Source: Armatimonadota bacterium
GTDB taxonomy: Bacteria > Armatimonadota > UBA10988
Length of the DNA stretch: 64,000 nt
Direction: 5' to 3'
NCBI GenBank assembly: GCA_016235455.1
Contig: JACRKZ010000102.1
Span: forward strand, 1-64,000
This document shows positions 29,301-38,515 of the stretch, in pieces. The notes beneath the pieces are model-generated. The model saw only the letters and a list, made by a program, of their open reading frames with translations. It was not told where the DNA came from and did no database searches. Numbering within the stretch: the first letter of the stretch is position 1; every line of letters begins with the position of its first letter. Both the position numbers and the translations under genes were made by a program.

Positions 29301-29789
29301 GAAGGTGGCGGCCAGATGGTACCAGCGACCCGGCTCGAAATGCCCGAGGCCGACGCCGACCTCGGTCCAGTCGGTCATGGCCATCGGCGCGCGGCCAGGC
29401 TTGCCCATGCGGAACGAGCAGTCCTGGTCGGAGACGAACAGCATGAAGCCGCCGGGGCACCAGTTGCCCGTGGTGAGGATGTTGGGGTAACGCCCGCCAC
29501 GTTCCCAACAGACCCACGCCTCGACGGTCAGCGCGGCGGCACCATCGAGCCCGGCCGGACAGGGGATGGACACCCAAGCGCCGTTGCCACCGAAGCGCAG
29601 TGCCGTGCCAAACGCGCCGCGCACCCACGCCGCGCCGTGGACCTCACCGTCATTGCCCTGACCCGAGCCGTCAACCACGACGTCACCGGCGCCATCGTCG
29701 AAGCGCCAGTCGCCCAGCAGCCCTGGGGTCTGGGCGCGGAGCAGCCCGCACGCCAGCAGCAGCAACAGAACGGCGCTCCGGTTGGCCAT
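26316..29789 (-). CDS. Large secreted LamG/ConA-domain protein with a putative glycoside hydrolase domain
   Basis: WRFDDGAG..GLIDEVKLYNRALT LamG signature; central FPHGLAGL..HAAGLKAGMH..DMIYMDG resembles GH36/GH101 barrels. Confidence 0.75.
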   Translation of the reverse strand: MANRSAVLLLLLACGLLRAQTPGLLGDWRFDDGAGDVVVDGSGQGNDGEVHGAAWVRGAFGTALRFGGNGAWVSIPCPAGLDGAAALTVEAWVCWERGGRYPNILTTGNWCPGGFMLFVSDQDCSFRMGKPGRAPMAMTDWTEVGVGLGHFEPGRWYHLAATFARPTVTTYLDGKQVGTAQWDYPVGATGDLQVGRWAGEQPGHTGLIDEVKLYNRALTPEQVLADYRAGAPQRTSVAYAPMPTVPAKPAVTLETRSARLLLDQRGRVVGLVDRATGRDHGGQPAVDFVSIRRGGTTFRPSACGYRDGVLSFTFGRSGVSARVKVTDRGRYLVCELLSVSDPQVEQVVFGRVAFAGAKRSSASVAWAVNADFAAATVPLNLQVEAAVQGGEPAVLTPRCERRYGLVGAKVALVACPQAAIRSVLQDVVRAEGLPYSPLGGPFALDAPENRGSYVFATISEANVDEWIALARRGGFAEIHFHPWWRTMGHYEPNPALFPHGLAGLAQVVAKVHAAGLKAGMHTLTGCIQVDDPWVAPVPDKRLAKDAHFTLAGDIGPNDKVIPTVERPEGLETFWSDMSTGNTIQIGDEIIAYSGIASQPPYGFNGCTRGRWGTRPAAHAQGDATDHLLASYCCYIPDEGSTLVDELAARIAEVYNTCGFDMIYMDGSEGMKTAHAVAVMKQAIFRRLKGRVLVESSSGSWGAWPFHSRVGAWDHPLWGYNRFTDLHCAELATYATGEMLPGHMGWWVLNGPSADHAGMFPEDMEYFAGKCLGWDHSSSLQGIEAGPTPPNARQDEYLALLGRYERLRLDRAFAPQVLARLRAPGEQFRLAPAAGGAWQLRPTDYAHHRVTALDDGSGRWQVINRHAAQPLRLRIEALYAVQPYDSPDGVLVTDFTRPERFTPQAAGATQSLTTATEPARAGSVSGRLTATNTTAERRGAWTKLAQAFTPPLNMSACGALGVWIHGDGKGELLNLQLNNTREDYTAWDDHYVDIDFVGWRYVELLLRERDAQRHQDYFWPYGGACEVGRSPLVRGRVGAFNLWANNLPPGEPITCYLSAVRALPVLKVKLTNPTVTVAGQALSFPVTLESGQYLEYEGTGEATMRDERGAVIAHVTPRGVVPSLAPGTNALTFAAEAPAGVRARAQVTVISEGTPLGK

Positions 29790-29899
29790 GGTCGGCCCTC
29801 CTGTGTCGGGTGGAGGCCTTCGGCGGTGGGCTGGCAGGACCTTCTGACGGCCGTGCCCGCGACGTGGCATAATGGGTGGCGGCTTGGAGGCGACGAGCA

Positions 29900-31933
29900 G
29901 TGCTTCAGTACCTGCGACTAGAGAACGTCGGGCCGGCGCCCGAGATGGCGTTCGACTTCGCGCCGCGGCTCAATCTGTTGACCGGCGACAACGGGCTGGG
30001 CAAGAGCTTCGTGCTGGATGTCGCTTGGTGGGCGCTGACGGGGACGTGGGCCAATGGCATCGCGATCCCTCCGGCGGAGGCTGCAGCCCCAGCGATCGCC
30101 TTTCGGCACACGTCTGCCGACGCGGGCGCAACGCGGCCCACGCTCGCTGTCAAGCGCGCTGACTCGGTTGGGCTGGACTGGCCGCAGCTAGCCAGAGCAC
30201 GACTGCTCGCACACGGCCATGACCAGAACGAGTGGGGGTCCCTTCTCCCGGCACTGCTAGAGCAACAGGCAGGCGACACCGACCTGTTGGCGACCGGCCG
30301 CGCGTGGCTCATGGGCCGCGAAGACCAGGCGGGCTGGAGCCAGGTCTGGCAGACGCTGCTAGCCATGCAGCCGGGCGACGCCGACCTGTTGGCGACCGGC
30401 CGCACGTGGCTCACCGGCCGCGAGAACCGGGCGGAGTGGGCGCACGTCTACCAGACGCTGCTGGCGGCGCAGCCGGGCGACGCCGAGCTGTTTGCGACCG
30501 GCCGCGCGTGGCTCGCGGGCCGCGACGACCGGGCGGAGTGGAGCTACGTCTGGCAGACGCTGCTGGCGGCGCAGGCGGGCGACGCCGAACTGTTGGCGAC
30601 CGGCCGCGCGTGGCTCGCGGGCCGCGAGGACCGGGCGGAGTGGAGCCACGTCTGGCGGAGGCTGTTGGCGGCGCAGCCGGGCGACACCGACCTGTTGGCG
30701 ACCGGCCGCGCGTGGCTCATGGGGCGCGAGGAGCAGGCGGGCTGGAGCCAGGTCTGGCAGACGCTGCTAGCGACGCAGCCGGGCGACACCGGCCTGCCAA
30801 TGGGCGAGCTGGCGAAACTACTCGGCCAACTAACCCACGTGGGCGGACGCGCAGAGACCGTGCACGGCGGCCGAGCGGATCTTGCAGGCGGGTCTGCGTC
30901 CAGAGGGCCCCGTGCATCAGCTGGCCCGCAAGACCGCCTTGGCCTGTACGATCGCGCCACGCAGCAATGGAGGATCGGCAAGGCGTTACCCGGCCACGCT
31001 GGCCTTGTCGTCTACATGCGGGTGGACGGTGGGTTCGCAGTTTGGGATCCGCAGCGCAACGCGGTCAGCGCCGACGGGCCGGGGCGGCCACCAGCGTTTG
31101 TGTTCACAGCCGATGAGCTGTGGTCGGGCAACTCAGCCTGCGAAGGCCTGGTACGCGACTGGACGTCTTGGCAGCGCGAAGGAAACAACGCGTTTCAGCT
31201 CCTCTCGAGAGTGCTCGAAGAGCTGGCGCCCGCCGCAGAGGAGCCGCTGGTGCCCGGTGAGCCGCGACGCATAGCCGTGGGCGACCCCAGAGACTACCCG
31301 ACTCTGCGGATGCCGTACGGCGAAGACGTTCCGGTGGTGCATGTCTCCGCAGGCATGAAGCGCATTATCAGTCTGGCCTATCTGCTAGTCTGGACTTGGC
31401 GTGAACACCAGGAGATATGCCAGTTGCTCGGGCAGCGGCCAACTGACGAACTGGTCCTTCTCGTCGATGAGGTCGAGACGCACCTGCATCCACGTTGGCA
31501 ACGCTGTATCGTACCCGCCCTTCTGACGGTAATGGACACCATCACCGCCGGTTGTCGACTTCAGGCCATCGTGGCCACCCACTCGCCGCTGGTCCTCGCC
31601 TCGATGGAAGACACCTTCGACACGAGCACCGACCAGGTCTTCGACCTGGAGCTGACCGACGGCCAGGTCGAGGTGCGCCGGCTGCCCTACGAGCCGCTGG
31701 GCACCGCCGACGACTGGCTGACCTCCGACGCCATCGGCTTGCGCTCGGCGCGCGGCTCCTTGGTGCAGGAGGCGCTGCTCGAGGAACTGGCGGCAGCCTG
31801 GAACGATCCCGCGCTCACCGAACCGCGTTACCGCGAGCTGTCGGAGAAGCTGGCGTCGTCGTCCATGCGTGACACCGACCCTGTGCGCAGCCGCTGGCTG
31901 GCGCTGGGCGAGCGCCGAGGGTTCGTGTCGTGA
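29900..31933 (+). CDS. ABC/AAA_21-type ATPase (PtuA/Septu-like) with an internal 5x34-aa repeat insertion
   Basis: GGAGG RBS then GTG; Walker A GDNGLGKS, signature VSAGMKR, Walker B LLVDEVETHLHPRWQ, H-loop ATHSP. Confidence 0.88.
   Translation: MLQYLRLENVGPAPEMAFDFAPRLNLLTGDNGLGKSFVLDVAWWALTGTWANGIAIPPAEAAAPAIAFRHTSADAGATRPTLAVKRADSVGLDWPQLARARLLAHGHDQNEWGSLLPALLEQQAGDTDLLATGRAWLMGREDQAGWSQVWQTLLAMQPGDADLLATGRTWLTGRENRAEWAHVYQTLLAAQPGDAELFATGRAWLAGRDDRAEWSYVWQTLLAAQAGDAELLATGRAWLAGREDRAEWSHVWRRLLAAQPGDTDLLATGRAWLMGREEQAGWSQVWQTLLATQPGDTGLPMGELAKLLGQLTHVGGRAETVHGGRADLAGGSASRGPRASAGPQDRLGLYDRATQQWRIGKALPGHAGLVVYMRVDGGFAVWDPQRNAVSADGPGRPPAFVFTADELWSGNSACEGLVRDWTSWQREGNNAFQLLSRVLEELAPAAEEPLVPGEPRRIAVGDPRDYPTLRMPYGEDVPVVHVSAGMKRIISLAYLLVWTWREHQEICQLLGQRPTDELVLLVDEVETHLHPRWQRCIVPALLTVMDTITAGCRLQAIVATHSPLVLASMEDTFDTSTDQVFDLELTDGQVEVRRLPYEPLGTADDWLTSDAIGLRSARGSLVQEALLEELAAAWNDPALTEPRYRELSEKLASSSMRDTDPVRSRWLALGERRGFVS
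30272..30790 (+). repeat. Intragenic tandem repeat, 102-bp unit x5
   Basis: Units begin ggcgac at 30272, 30374 and so on; consensus GDADLLATGRAWLAGREDRAEWSHVWQTLLAAQP. Confidence 0.95.
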
Positions 31934-32496
31934 TCCGTGTCAAACCAGCACCAGAACCGCCGTCGTTCGACGAGCGAGTTCGCCAACCCGGCTTGGCGCA
32001 GTTGCCTGAGCTGAAGCCGCACTGGCGCCGCTGTCTACCCGACCTGCTCGCCGCGTACCAGCACATCTGCGCCTACTCGTGCTTCTACATCCATCCGGTC
32101 GCCGGCGCGCGTACCGTCGAGCACTTCGGGCCGAAGTCGGCGTCGCCCGAGCTGGCCTACGAATGGTCGAACTACCGCCTGGTGTGCAGCCTGATGAACA
32201 GCCGCAAACAGGCCTTCGACGATGTCCTCGACCCGTTTGAGATCGAGAACGGGTGGTTCGTGCTCGACTTCGTGAATTTTGAGGTCCATCCGGACGTTGA
32301 GCTGGCCATTGACCACGCCGCCATCCAGGCCACAATCGACCGGCTCGGACTCAACGACGCGCCCTGCCCGAGCACGCGCCAGCAGGAGTACGAGATGTAT
32401 GAGCGCGGCGACGCCTCCTGGCGGCATCTCTGTCGCGTCAGCCCCTTCGTCGCCGCCGAAGTGGAGCGCCAAGGCCTGCGCCGGGCCGGCGACTGA
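31930..32496 (+). CDS. HNH-type endonuclease (PtuB-like)
   Basis: CAYSC, TVEHFGPKS, YEWSNYRLVC..MNSRK, LDPF; GTGA overlap with the ATPase stop. Confidence 0.82.
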   Translation: MIRVKPAPEPPSFDERVRQPGLAQLPELKPHWRRCLPDLLAAYQHICAYSCFYIHPVAGARTVEHFGPKSASPELAYEWSNYRLVCSLMNSRKQAFDDVLDPFEIENGWFVLDFVNFEVHPDVELAIDHAAIQATIDRLGLNDAPCPSTRQQEYEMYERGDASWRHLCRVSPFVAAEVERQGLRRAGD

Positions 32497-32512
32497 TTCG
32501 TCGGAGACACCC

Positions 32513-33640
32513 ATGCCCAGGCTCAAATGGACCCGCCACGCCGACCTGGCCATCTCGCGCGGCTGCTCCGTGCGGCGCGAGGAATACCTCGACCACATGA
32601 CCTTCGCCGCCAATGCTCGGCCGCTGTTCACCGAGATCTTCGGCCCGCTCATTGGCCTCAAGGAGGAATGGGAGGAGCAGGGCGCCAGCCCCGAGGAACT
32701 CGACTTCTCCGCCTTTCGCTACCGCTGCCCGCTGACCGCGGGCCTGCCGATCAACACCGGTTGGCTCGGCGGGCCGGCGCCCGAGACGCTGTCCGAGACC
32801 GACGACTTCCTGACCTACCGCGATGCCATGGGCCGCACCATGAAGCTGGCCAAGGGCGTCTCGACGCTGGCGCTGCCCATGGACTGGCCCGTGCGCGGCA
32901 TGGACGACTGGCTGGCCATCCGGCACCACTACGCCTTCGATGAGGCTCGTTTCGGCGCCGGCTGGGAGCAGATGGCCCGTGACCACCTGGCCGCCGGCCG
33001 CGCCGTGACCGTGTCCCTGCCCGGCGGCTACGACACGTCGCGGCAGCTCATGGGCGACGAGGCGGCCTGCCTGGCGTTTGCCGACCAGCCGGAGCTGATC
33101 GCCGACATCCTGCAGACCGTCGGCGCGATGGTCCAGCGGGTGCTCGACCGCGTGTCGGCGGCGGTGCAGGTAGACATCCTCAGTGTGCACGAGGACATGG
33201 CTGGCCGGAGCGGGCCGATGGTCGGGCCGCGGCAGGTGCGTGAGTTCATCGCACCCTACTACCGCCGCGTCTGGGACATGCTCGCCGAGCGGGGCGCGCG
33301 TCTGTTCGACCAGGATTCCGATGGCAACATGAACCCGGTCATCGACGCCTTCCTCGACGCGGGCGTCAACGTCATGCACCCCATGGAGCCCGCCGCCGGC
33401 ATGGACATCGTGCAGGTGCGCCAGCGCTATGGCCGCCGACTGGCGTTCTATGGCGGCATCGACAAGCATGTGCTGCGCCGCTCGCACGAGGAGATCGACG
33501 CCGAGTTGGCGTACCGGGTCCCGCCGCTGCTGGCCTCGGGCGGGTGCGTGTTCGCGCTGGACCACCGCATTCCCAACGGCACGCCGCTGGGCAACTATCG
33601 GTACTATGTGCAGCGGATGTGGGAGATGCTGGGAGATTAG
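32513..33640 (+). CDS. Uroporphyrinogen decarboxylase (URO-D)/methyltransferase family protein
   Basis: EDMAGRSGPMVGP, DSDGN, HPMEPAAGMD, GGIDK, DHRIP. Confidence 0.88.
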   Translation: MPRLKWTRHADLAISRGCSVRREEYLDHMTFAANARPLFTEIFGPLIGLKEEWEEQGASPEELDFSAFRYRCPLTAGLPINTGWLGGPAPETLSETDDFLTYRDAMGRTMKLAKGVSTLALPMDWPVRGMDDWLAIRHHYAFDEARFGAGWEQMARDHLAAGRAVTVSLPGGYDTSRQLMGDEAACLAFADQPELIADILQTVGAMVQRVLDRVSAAVQVDILSVHEDMAGRSGPMVGPRQVREFIAPYYRRVWDMLAERGARLFDQDSDGNMNPVIDAFLDAGVNVMHPMEPAAGMDIVQVRQRYGRRLAFYGGIDKHVLRRSHEEIDAELAYRVPPLLASGGCVFALDHRIPNGTPLGNYRYYVQRMWEMLGD

Positions 33641-33750
33641 GTGCACCGAGCACGGCCGACTCTCTTTGGTTGTCTCAGAACAAAGAATCCAGAGAACGAT
33701 GAATCTACATTTACAGCGACGGCACGCATGGCTACATTCGACATAGTCGA

Positions 33751-35349
33751 ATGGAGATCGAGATGATATCGTGTCGGACTGGGCTCGCGACGGTGGTTCT
33801 GGTCGCGACACTCTCGCCGCTGTCAGCGCAGAACAGCAGCAGTACCGGCGGCATCTGCGGCGTCCCGCCGCGCGAAGCCCTGTTGATACTCCGAGAGGCT
33901 GGGATGCCGTGGGCACCGTGCAAGGGTTGGGCCGACGTCATGGCCGCCGGCGGCGGCGAGCCCGGGCTTGACCTGTCGAGCTGGGGCAGCGGACGCACCT
34001 GGCGCACGCTCAAGGGCTGGAATCAGGATCTGACGGTCACTCAGCTCGGTAGCTGGGCGCAGACCTTGCGTGCGCCGGAGCGCGTGGCCAGCATCGAGCG
34101 ACTCGGAGCCACGGGGCTCCCACAGGCCGTGGACGCACTGGCAGTGCTGCTTGACTCCAGCGATGTGGGCATCGCCCCGGCCGCAGGCAAGGCCTTGCGC
34201 CGACTTGCGGAACGGGGCTTGGTGAAGCCTGACCGGGTGGCGGACTGGCTACAGGTCGGCGCCAAGCAAGCCGCAGCGATCAGCGTGGCGGCAGGGGTGA
34301 AGGACGAGACTGGCGTTATGGTAGATCGTGTCGCCAGCCTCGTCCCAGACCTGTTGCTGCGGGCAGACACCACGACCCTGGGTTGTGCGGCGCTGGCGCT
34401 GTACCGCAACGGCCGAAGCGAGCAGGTCGATGCTCTGCTCGGGTCGGGCGCGAAGGGCAGAGACAGGGACCTCGCCTATCAGGCACTCGCCGACATCGCC
34501 GGTGACGTGCGCCCCAACGACCTTCACTGGCTGCCCGGCACATGGCAGAGCAAGACACGCGCCGATGAGCCTGACGCGTTGGCAGCGGCGGGGCTCCTGC
34601 TCCAGGCCAGCCTGGCCGCCCGCGCCGACCCGGCCACCGAGCTCGCAAGCGCCGCCCTGCTGGACGACCTACTGGCCGCGGACCGACCTGTTTGGCTGCG
34701 CGTGCACGTGGCTGACCTGATAGCGCGGCAGGGCCTCCTTGCCGACTGCCGGCCGCGCCCCGGCGGCGCCACGCTAGGCGAGCACGCCAGCCAGACCCCG
34801 GCTGAGATAGTGGCCAGCGGCACGCTGCCAACCGAGTCGATTTGGTGGCTTGTGTACCACTTCAGTGTGCCCTGCGCGCTCCGCGCGGGGTGGCCACTAC
34901 CGAACCACACAGGGATCCTCTCATGCAAACCGACGGCAGAGAACACCACCTGCGCCGCGCAATGCCGGGCCATCGGCAAGCTGGCCAAGGAGCGAGGTGA
35001 GCACATCGTCGCCCGGTACGTCGAGTTGAACGCAGGCACCCAGCATGCCGCCTGCGGTGTGTTGCTCCGCGACTCATCGTGCGACAAAGCCTGGGATCAG
35101 GAGTTCGTGCTCGTTCGCCTGGCCCACACCGCTTGTGCCGAGGCAAGGACGTTCGCGCGCTGCGTCGAGCTCAACTACGTCAAGCCCGACACGGTCGGCG
35201 CCATTGACGTACTTGCATTGTCGTACAGCTGGCACAACGGCAGGTACGAACTGGTGACGACGGCAAGCGGCGCTGTTGCGCGGAACGCTTTCGCGCGTAT
35301 GGTCACAAACAATCTCGGCCACCTGAACTGGAAGGAGACGGACACATGA
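33751..35349 (+). CDS. Hypothetical secreted protein with a HEAT-like helical region
   Basis: Signal-peptide-like start, HEAT-like ERVASIERLG..AVDALAVLL, Cys-rich C-terminus, atypical codon usage. Confidence 0.6.
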   Translation: MEIEMISCRTGLATVVLVATLSPLSAQNSSSTGGICGVPPREALLILREAGMPWAPCKGWADVMAAGGGEPGLDLSSWGSGRTWRTLKGWNQDLTVTQLGSWAQTLRAPERVASIERLGATGLPQAVDALAVLLDSSDVGIAPAAGKALRRLAERGLVKPDRVADWLQVGAKQAAAISVAAGVKDETGVMVDRVASLVPDLLLRADTTTLGCAALALYRNGRSEQVDALLGSGAKGRDRDLAYQALADIAGDVRPNDLHWLPGTWQSKTRADEPDALAAAGLLLQASLAARADPATELASAALLDDLLAADRPVWLRVHVADLIARQGLLADCRPRPGGATLGEHASQTPAEIVASGTLPTESIWWLVYHFSVPCALRAGWPLPNHTGILSCKPTAENTTCAAQCRAIGKLAKERGEHIVARYVELNAGTQHAACGVLLRDSSCDKAWDQEFVLVRLAHTACAEARTFARCVELNYVKPDTVGAIDVLALSYSWHNGRYELVTTASGAVARNAFARMVTNNLGHLNWKETDT

Positions 35350-35807
35350 GTGGTACTGCACCGACAGTGATCAGCCGCCGTGCGGGCCGCAAGCGCCTCA
35401 CCAGCGCTCTCGGCCTGGGCTGCGTCGTTGCGGCGGTCTGCGGCCTGGCGGCGAGTCTCTATAACCGCGACCACGACATTGTGCGGCTCGCGCAGGCCAT
35501 CCTGCCAGCCTTCCTGCCCGCGCTCTCGGCCTTGGTGCCACTGGTGCTGACCCCGCAGAAGGACGACGATGAGCCGCTACCTGATGGGGCCTTGTCGCTG
35601 GCCCTGGGTATCTGCGTCATCTACTCGACCGCCTGGTGTGTGCTGGCCGCGTGCTCCTACACGCTCGATGATCTCGGAGTCGGGCAGCGGCCCCACTTCG
35701 ACAGCGCCGTGGCGCTGCTCTCAACCATCGGCCAGTCGGTGGTGGTCGGCATGGTGGTCACGAGTTTGGGCGGCGCGGCGAAGGCCGTCACTCCGCCGGG
35801 CAAGTAG
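35346..35807 (+). CDS. Hypothetical membrane protein (about 4 TM)
   Basis: AAGGAG RBS and ATGA overlap with the upstream ORF; hydrophobic segments. Confidence 0.65.
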   Translation: MSGTAPTVISRRAGRKRLTSALGLGCVVAAVCGLAASLYNRDHDIVRLAQAILPAFLPALSALVPLVLTPQKDDDEPLPDGALSLALGICVIYSTAWCVLAACSYTLDDLGVGQRPHFDSAVALLSTIGQSVVVGMVVTSLGGAAKAVTPPGK

Positions 35808-35870
35808 GATCGGCACGGCATGCCTCGCAGGCGCCCGACCTTGGTATACTGACGCCCAAGGCTCAGGGAC

Positions 35871-38498
35871 TTGCTGATGACCGCCATCACCTTCCTCCAA
35901 ACCGCCCTGCTCGGCCTGGCCCTGACGCAGCCCGGCGCAGCGACAGAAACCCGCCTCTCCGAGCTCGACCTGTCGGGCCTGACCCAGGGCTACGGCTCGC
36001 CGCAGGTGGACGTCTCGGCCATGGGCCATGCGCCGGCCAAGTGGACGCTGCGGCTCGATGGCAAGGCGACCGAGTTCAGAGCGGCGGTCGGCGTGCAGGA
36101 GTACGCCGACAACGTCGGCGTCGGCAGCGTCGAGTTTGTCGTGCTCGGCGACGGACGCGAGCTGTTCCGCTCGGGAGTCATGCGCGGCGGGCAGCCGGCC
36201 AAGGACGTCAAGGTCGACCTGACCGGCCTCAAGGAGCTGGTGCTGCAGGTCACCGACGGCGGCGACGGCAACAGCTCGGACCATGCCGACTGGCTGGAGC
36301 CGGTCATCGTCCACAACGGCGCGCCGCTGCCCCTGCCGCCGACCGACCCGGTGGTGCCCGACCCGCCCGGCGCGCCGCCCAGCCAGGCCGCCAAGGTCGA
36401 GTTCGACGCCGGCCGTGGCACGCTGCGGCTGACCTACAACGGGGGCGTCCTGCTGGATGCGAAGGTCACCGGCCGGGCCAGACTGGAGCAGCAGGTCAGC
36501 GAGGCCAAGGGCGCGGTCACTCAGGTGCTGACACTGACCGGCACCGGGCTGAAGCTGGCCGGCAGCGTGCAGGCGGGCGAGCAGTCGCTGGCCGCGGAGA
36601 CGCGCGGCGAGGCGCAGAAGCGCTTCCCGCTGGTGCGCACCAGCCATGGCGCCAGCCGGAACCTGCGCAACAACGCCGTCTACGACCGCGCGGGCGACTG
36701 GTGCCTGCTGGGCCCGGCCGATGGCTCAACCCGCATCACGCCCACCGCGAACCATGCCTACCGGCTGGCGTGCACGGGCGACACCATCCGCCTGACTTTC
36801 CAGCCGCGGCTGTATAGCCGGCACCGCAACCTGCCCTACTACCGGCCCTGGACCTACCGCGTGCGGCAGGATAGCATCACCGGTTGGTGCTCGTGGTGGG
36901 CTTACATGCGCGGCTTCCGGCAGACCGACCTGGACGGGCTGCTGGCGGTCTGGAAGGACAAGCGTCTGGCCGACTACGGCTACCGCTTCATCCAGATCGA
37001 CGACTGCTTCCAGGGCGGCGAGGATGGCGGCCGGCCCGGCACGCCCAAGACCAACGGCTACCCCGGTGGTCGGCCCGAGACCTGGCTGAAATGGCGGACG
37101 GACGCGTTCCCCGGCGGCCTGACCGGCTATGCCGAGGCCTGCCGGCAGGCCGGCTTCGAGCCGGGCGTGTGGATCGGCAGCGGCATGGGCGACTTGGGGA
37201 CCGTCGAGGCTCATCCCGACTGGTTCGTCCACGGGCCGGATGGCAAGCCATTTGCCGGCGACTGGGTGGGCTTCGCCGTGGACAGCACCATCCCCGCGGC
37301 GGCCGACGCCCTGGTGCGACCCATCTACCGCGGGATCCGGCAGGCCGGCTACTCGTATGTCAAGATCGACACGCTGCGCCATCGGCTGTACGACAACCTG
37401 CACCACAACCCCGGCTATTGCGCCGAACGCGGCAAGTCGGCCGCTGAGATCTTCCGCTCTTACGTGCAGGCCGCGCGCGAGGAACTGGGGCCGGACACGT
37501 TCCTGCTGGCCTGCTGGGGCGTGTTGCCCGAGGTCATCGGCCTGGCCGACGCCTGCCGCATCGGCGGCGACGGCTACGGCCCCGTGACCATGCAGTCGTA
37601 CAACTCGTTCAACGGCATCGTCTGGCGCAACGACCCCGATCACTGCGACGTCTACCCGCGCTTCAAGCCGGCCGAGAGCGGCAACGTGACGCACACCAAC
37701 GTGGTGACCGCGACCAACAGCGAGACCCTCCTGCGGCCGGCGCTGGCCTCCATCGCCGGGTGCATGCTGATGCTCAGCGACAAGCCCGAGGTGTATCGCG
37801 ACGACGCCAACCTGATCGGTGCGCGGCGGGCCTCACCGGTGCTGTTCTCGGTGCCCGGTCAGCTCTATGACTTCGAGCCGGCCAAGTCCGACAACCTGCG
37901 GCGCGGCGCCCGGCTGTCGATCACCTCCGGCGGCCCGCCGGCGCCGGTCGACGCCGACCAGTTCGGCCCGGTCTGCCCCTGGTGGCTCAACGAAATCGAC
38001 CGGCCGTTTGAGCATTGGAGCGTGCTGCACCACCTCAACTGGACCGACCGCCCCATGACGGCGACCACCGTCGCGCTGGCCGACCTGGGCCTCGACGCCG
38101 ACCGCGACTACCTGGTCTACGAGTTCTGGTCGCAGCGCTTCGTGGGCAGCGTGCGCGGCAGCCTGGCCGTGCCGGAGCTGGCCGCTCAAGGCCTGGCCAG
38201 CTACGCGCTGCGCGAACGGCTCGACCGGCCGCAGTTGCTCAGCACGAGTCGCCACCTGACCCAGGGCGGCGTCGACCTGCTGGCGGTGAACTGGCGCGGC
38301 AAGACCCTCTCTGGTAGCAGCAAGGTCGTGGCTGGTGACCGCTACGAACTGGTGCTCCACGCGCCGGCCGGCTTCACGCTCGCCGCGGCAACGATCGCCG
38401 ACAAGGCCGCCGAGGCCAAGACCGACGGCGAGGTGCTGCGCGTGGCCTTCACACCGACCGCCACCGGCACGGTAGCGTGGTCCGTGAGCTTCCACTGA
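35871..38498 (+). CDS. NPCBM-domain alpha-galactosidase-like hydrolase (GH27/GH36)
   Basis: NPCBM (GSVEFVVLGDG..VTDGGDGNSSDHADW); GWCSW, IQIDD, YVKID, RIGGD, NDPD. Confidence 0.88.
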   Translation: MLMTAITFLQTALLGLALTQPGAATETRLSELDLSGLTQGYGSPQVDVSAMGHAPAKWTLRLDGKATEFRAAVGVQEYADNVGVGSVEFVVLGDGRELFRSGVMRGGQPAKDVKVDLTGLKELVLQVTDGGDGNSSDHADWLEPVIVHNGAPLPLPPTDPVVPDPPGAPPSQAAKVEFDAGRGTLRLTYNGGVLLDAKVTGRARLEQQVSEAKGAVTQVLTLTGTGLKLAGSVQAGEQSLAAETRGEAQKRFPLVRTSHGASRNLRNNAVYDRAGDWCLLGPADGSTRITPTANHAYRLACTGDTIRLTFQPRLYSRHRNLPYYRPWTYRVRQDSITGWCSWWAYMRGFRQTDLDGLLAVWKDKRLADYGYRFIQIDDCFQGGEDGGRPGTPKTNGYPGGRPETWLKWRTDAFPGGLTGYAEACRQAGFEPGVWIGSGMGDLGTVEAHPDWFVHGPDGKPFAGDWVGFAVDSTIPAAADALVRPIYRGIRQAGYSYVKIDTLRHRLYDNLHHNPGYCAERGKSAAEIFRSYVQAAREELGPDTFLLACWGVLPEVIGLADACRIGGDGYGPVTMQSYNSFNGIVWRNDPDHCDVYPRFKPAESGNVTHTNVVTATNSETLLRPALASIAGCMLMLSDKPEVYRDDANLIGARRASPVLFSVPGQLYDFEPAKSDNLRRGARLSITSGGPPAPVDADQFGPVCPWWLNEIDRPFEHWSVLHHLNWTDRPMTATTVALADLGLDADRDYLVYEFWSQRFVGSVRGSLAVPELAAQGLASYALRERLDRPQLLSTSRHLTQGGVDLLAVNWRGKTLSGSSKVVAGDRYELVLHAPAGFTLAAATIADKAAEAKTDGEVLRVAFTPTATGTVAWSVSFH

Positions 38499-38515
38499 TG
38501 CCAAGCGCTCATTCG

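Noticed and set aside
30272-30790. CRISPR array
   Set aside because: The repeats are contiguous in-frame 102-bp coding units without unique spacers, and there are no cas genes.
29790-32496. Retron (Ec78-like) system
   Set aside because: No reverse transcriptase in the window and no evident msr-msd region.
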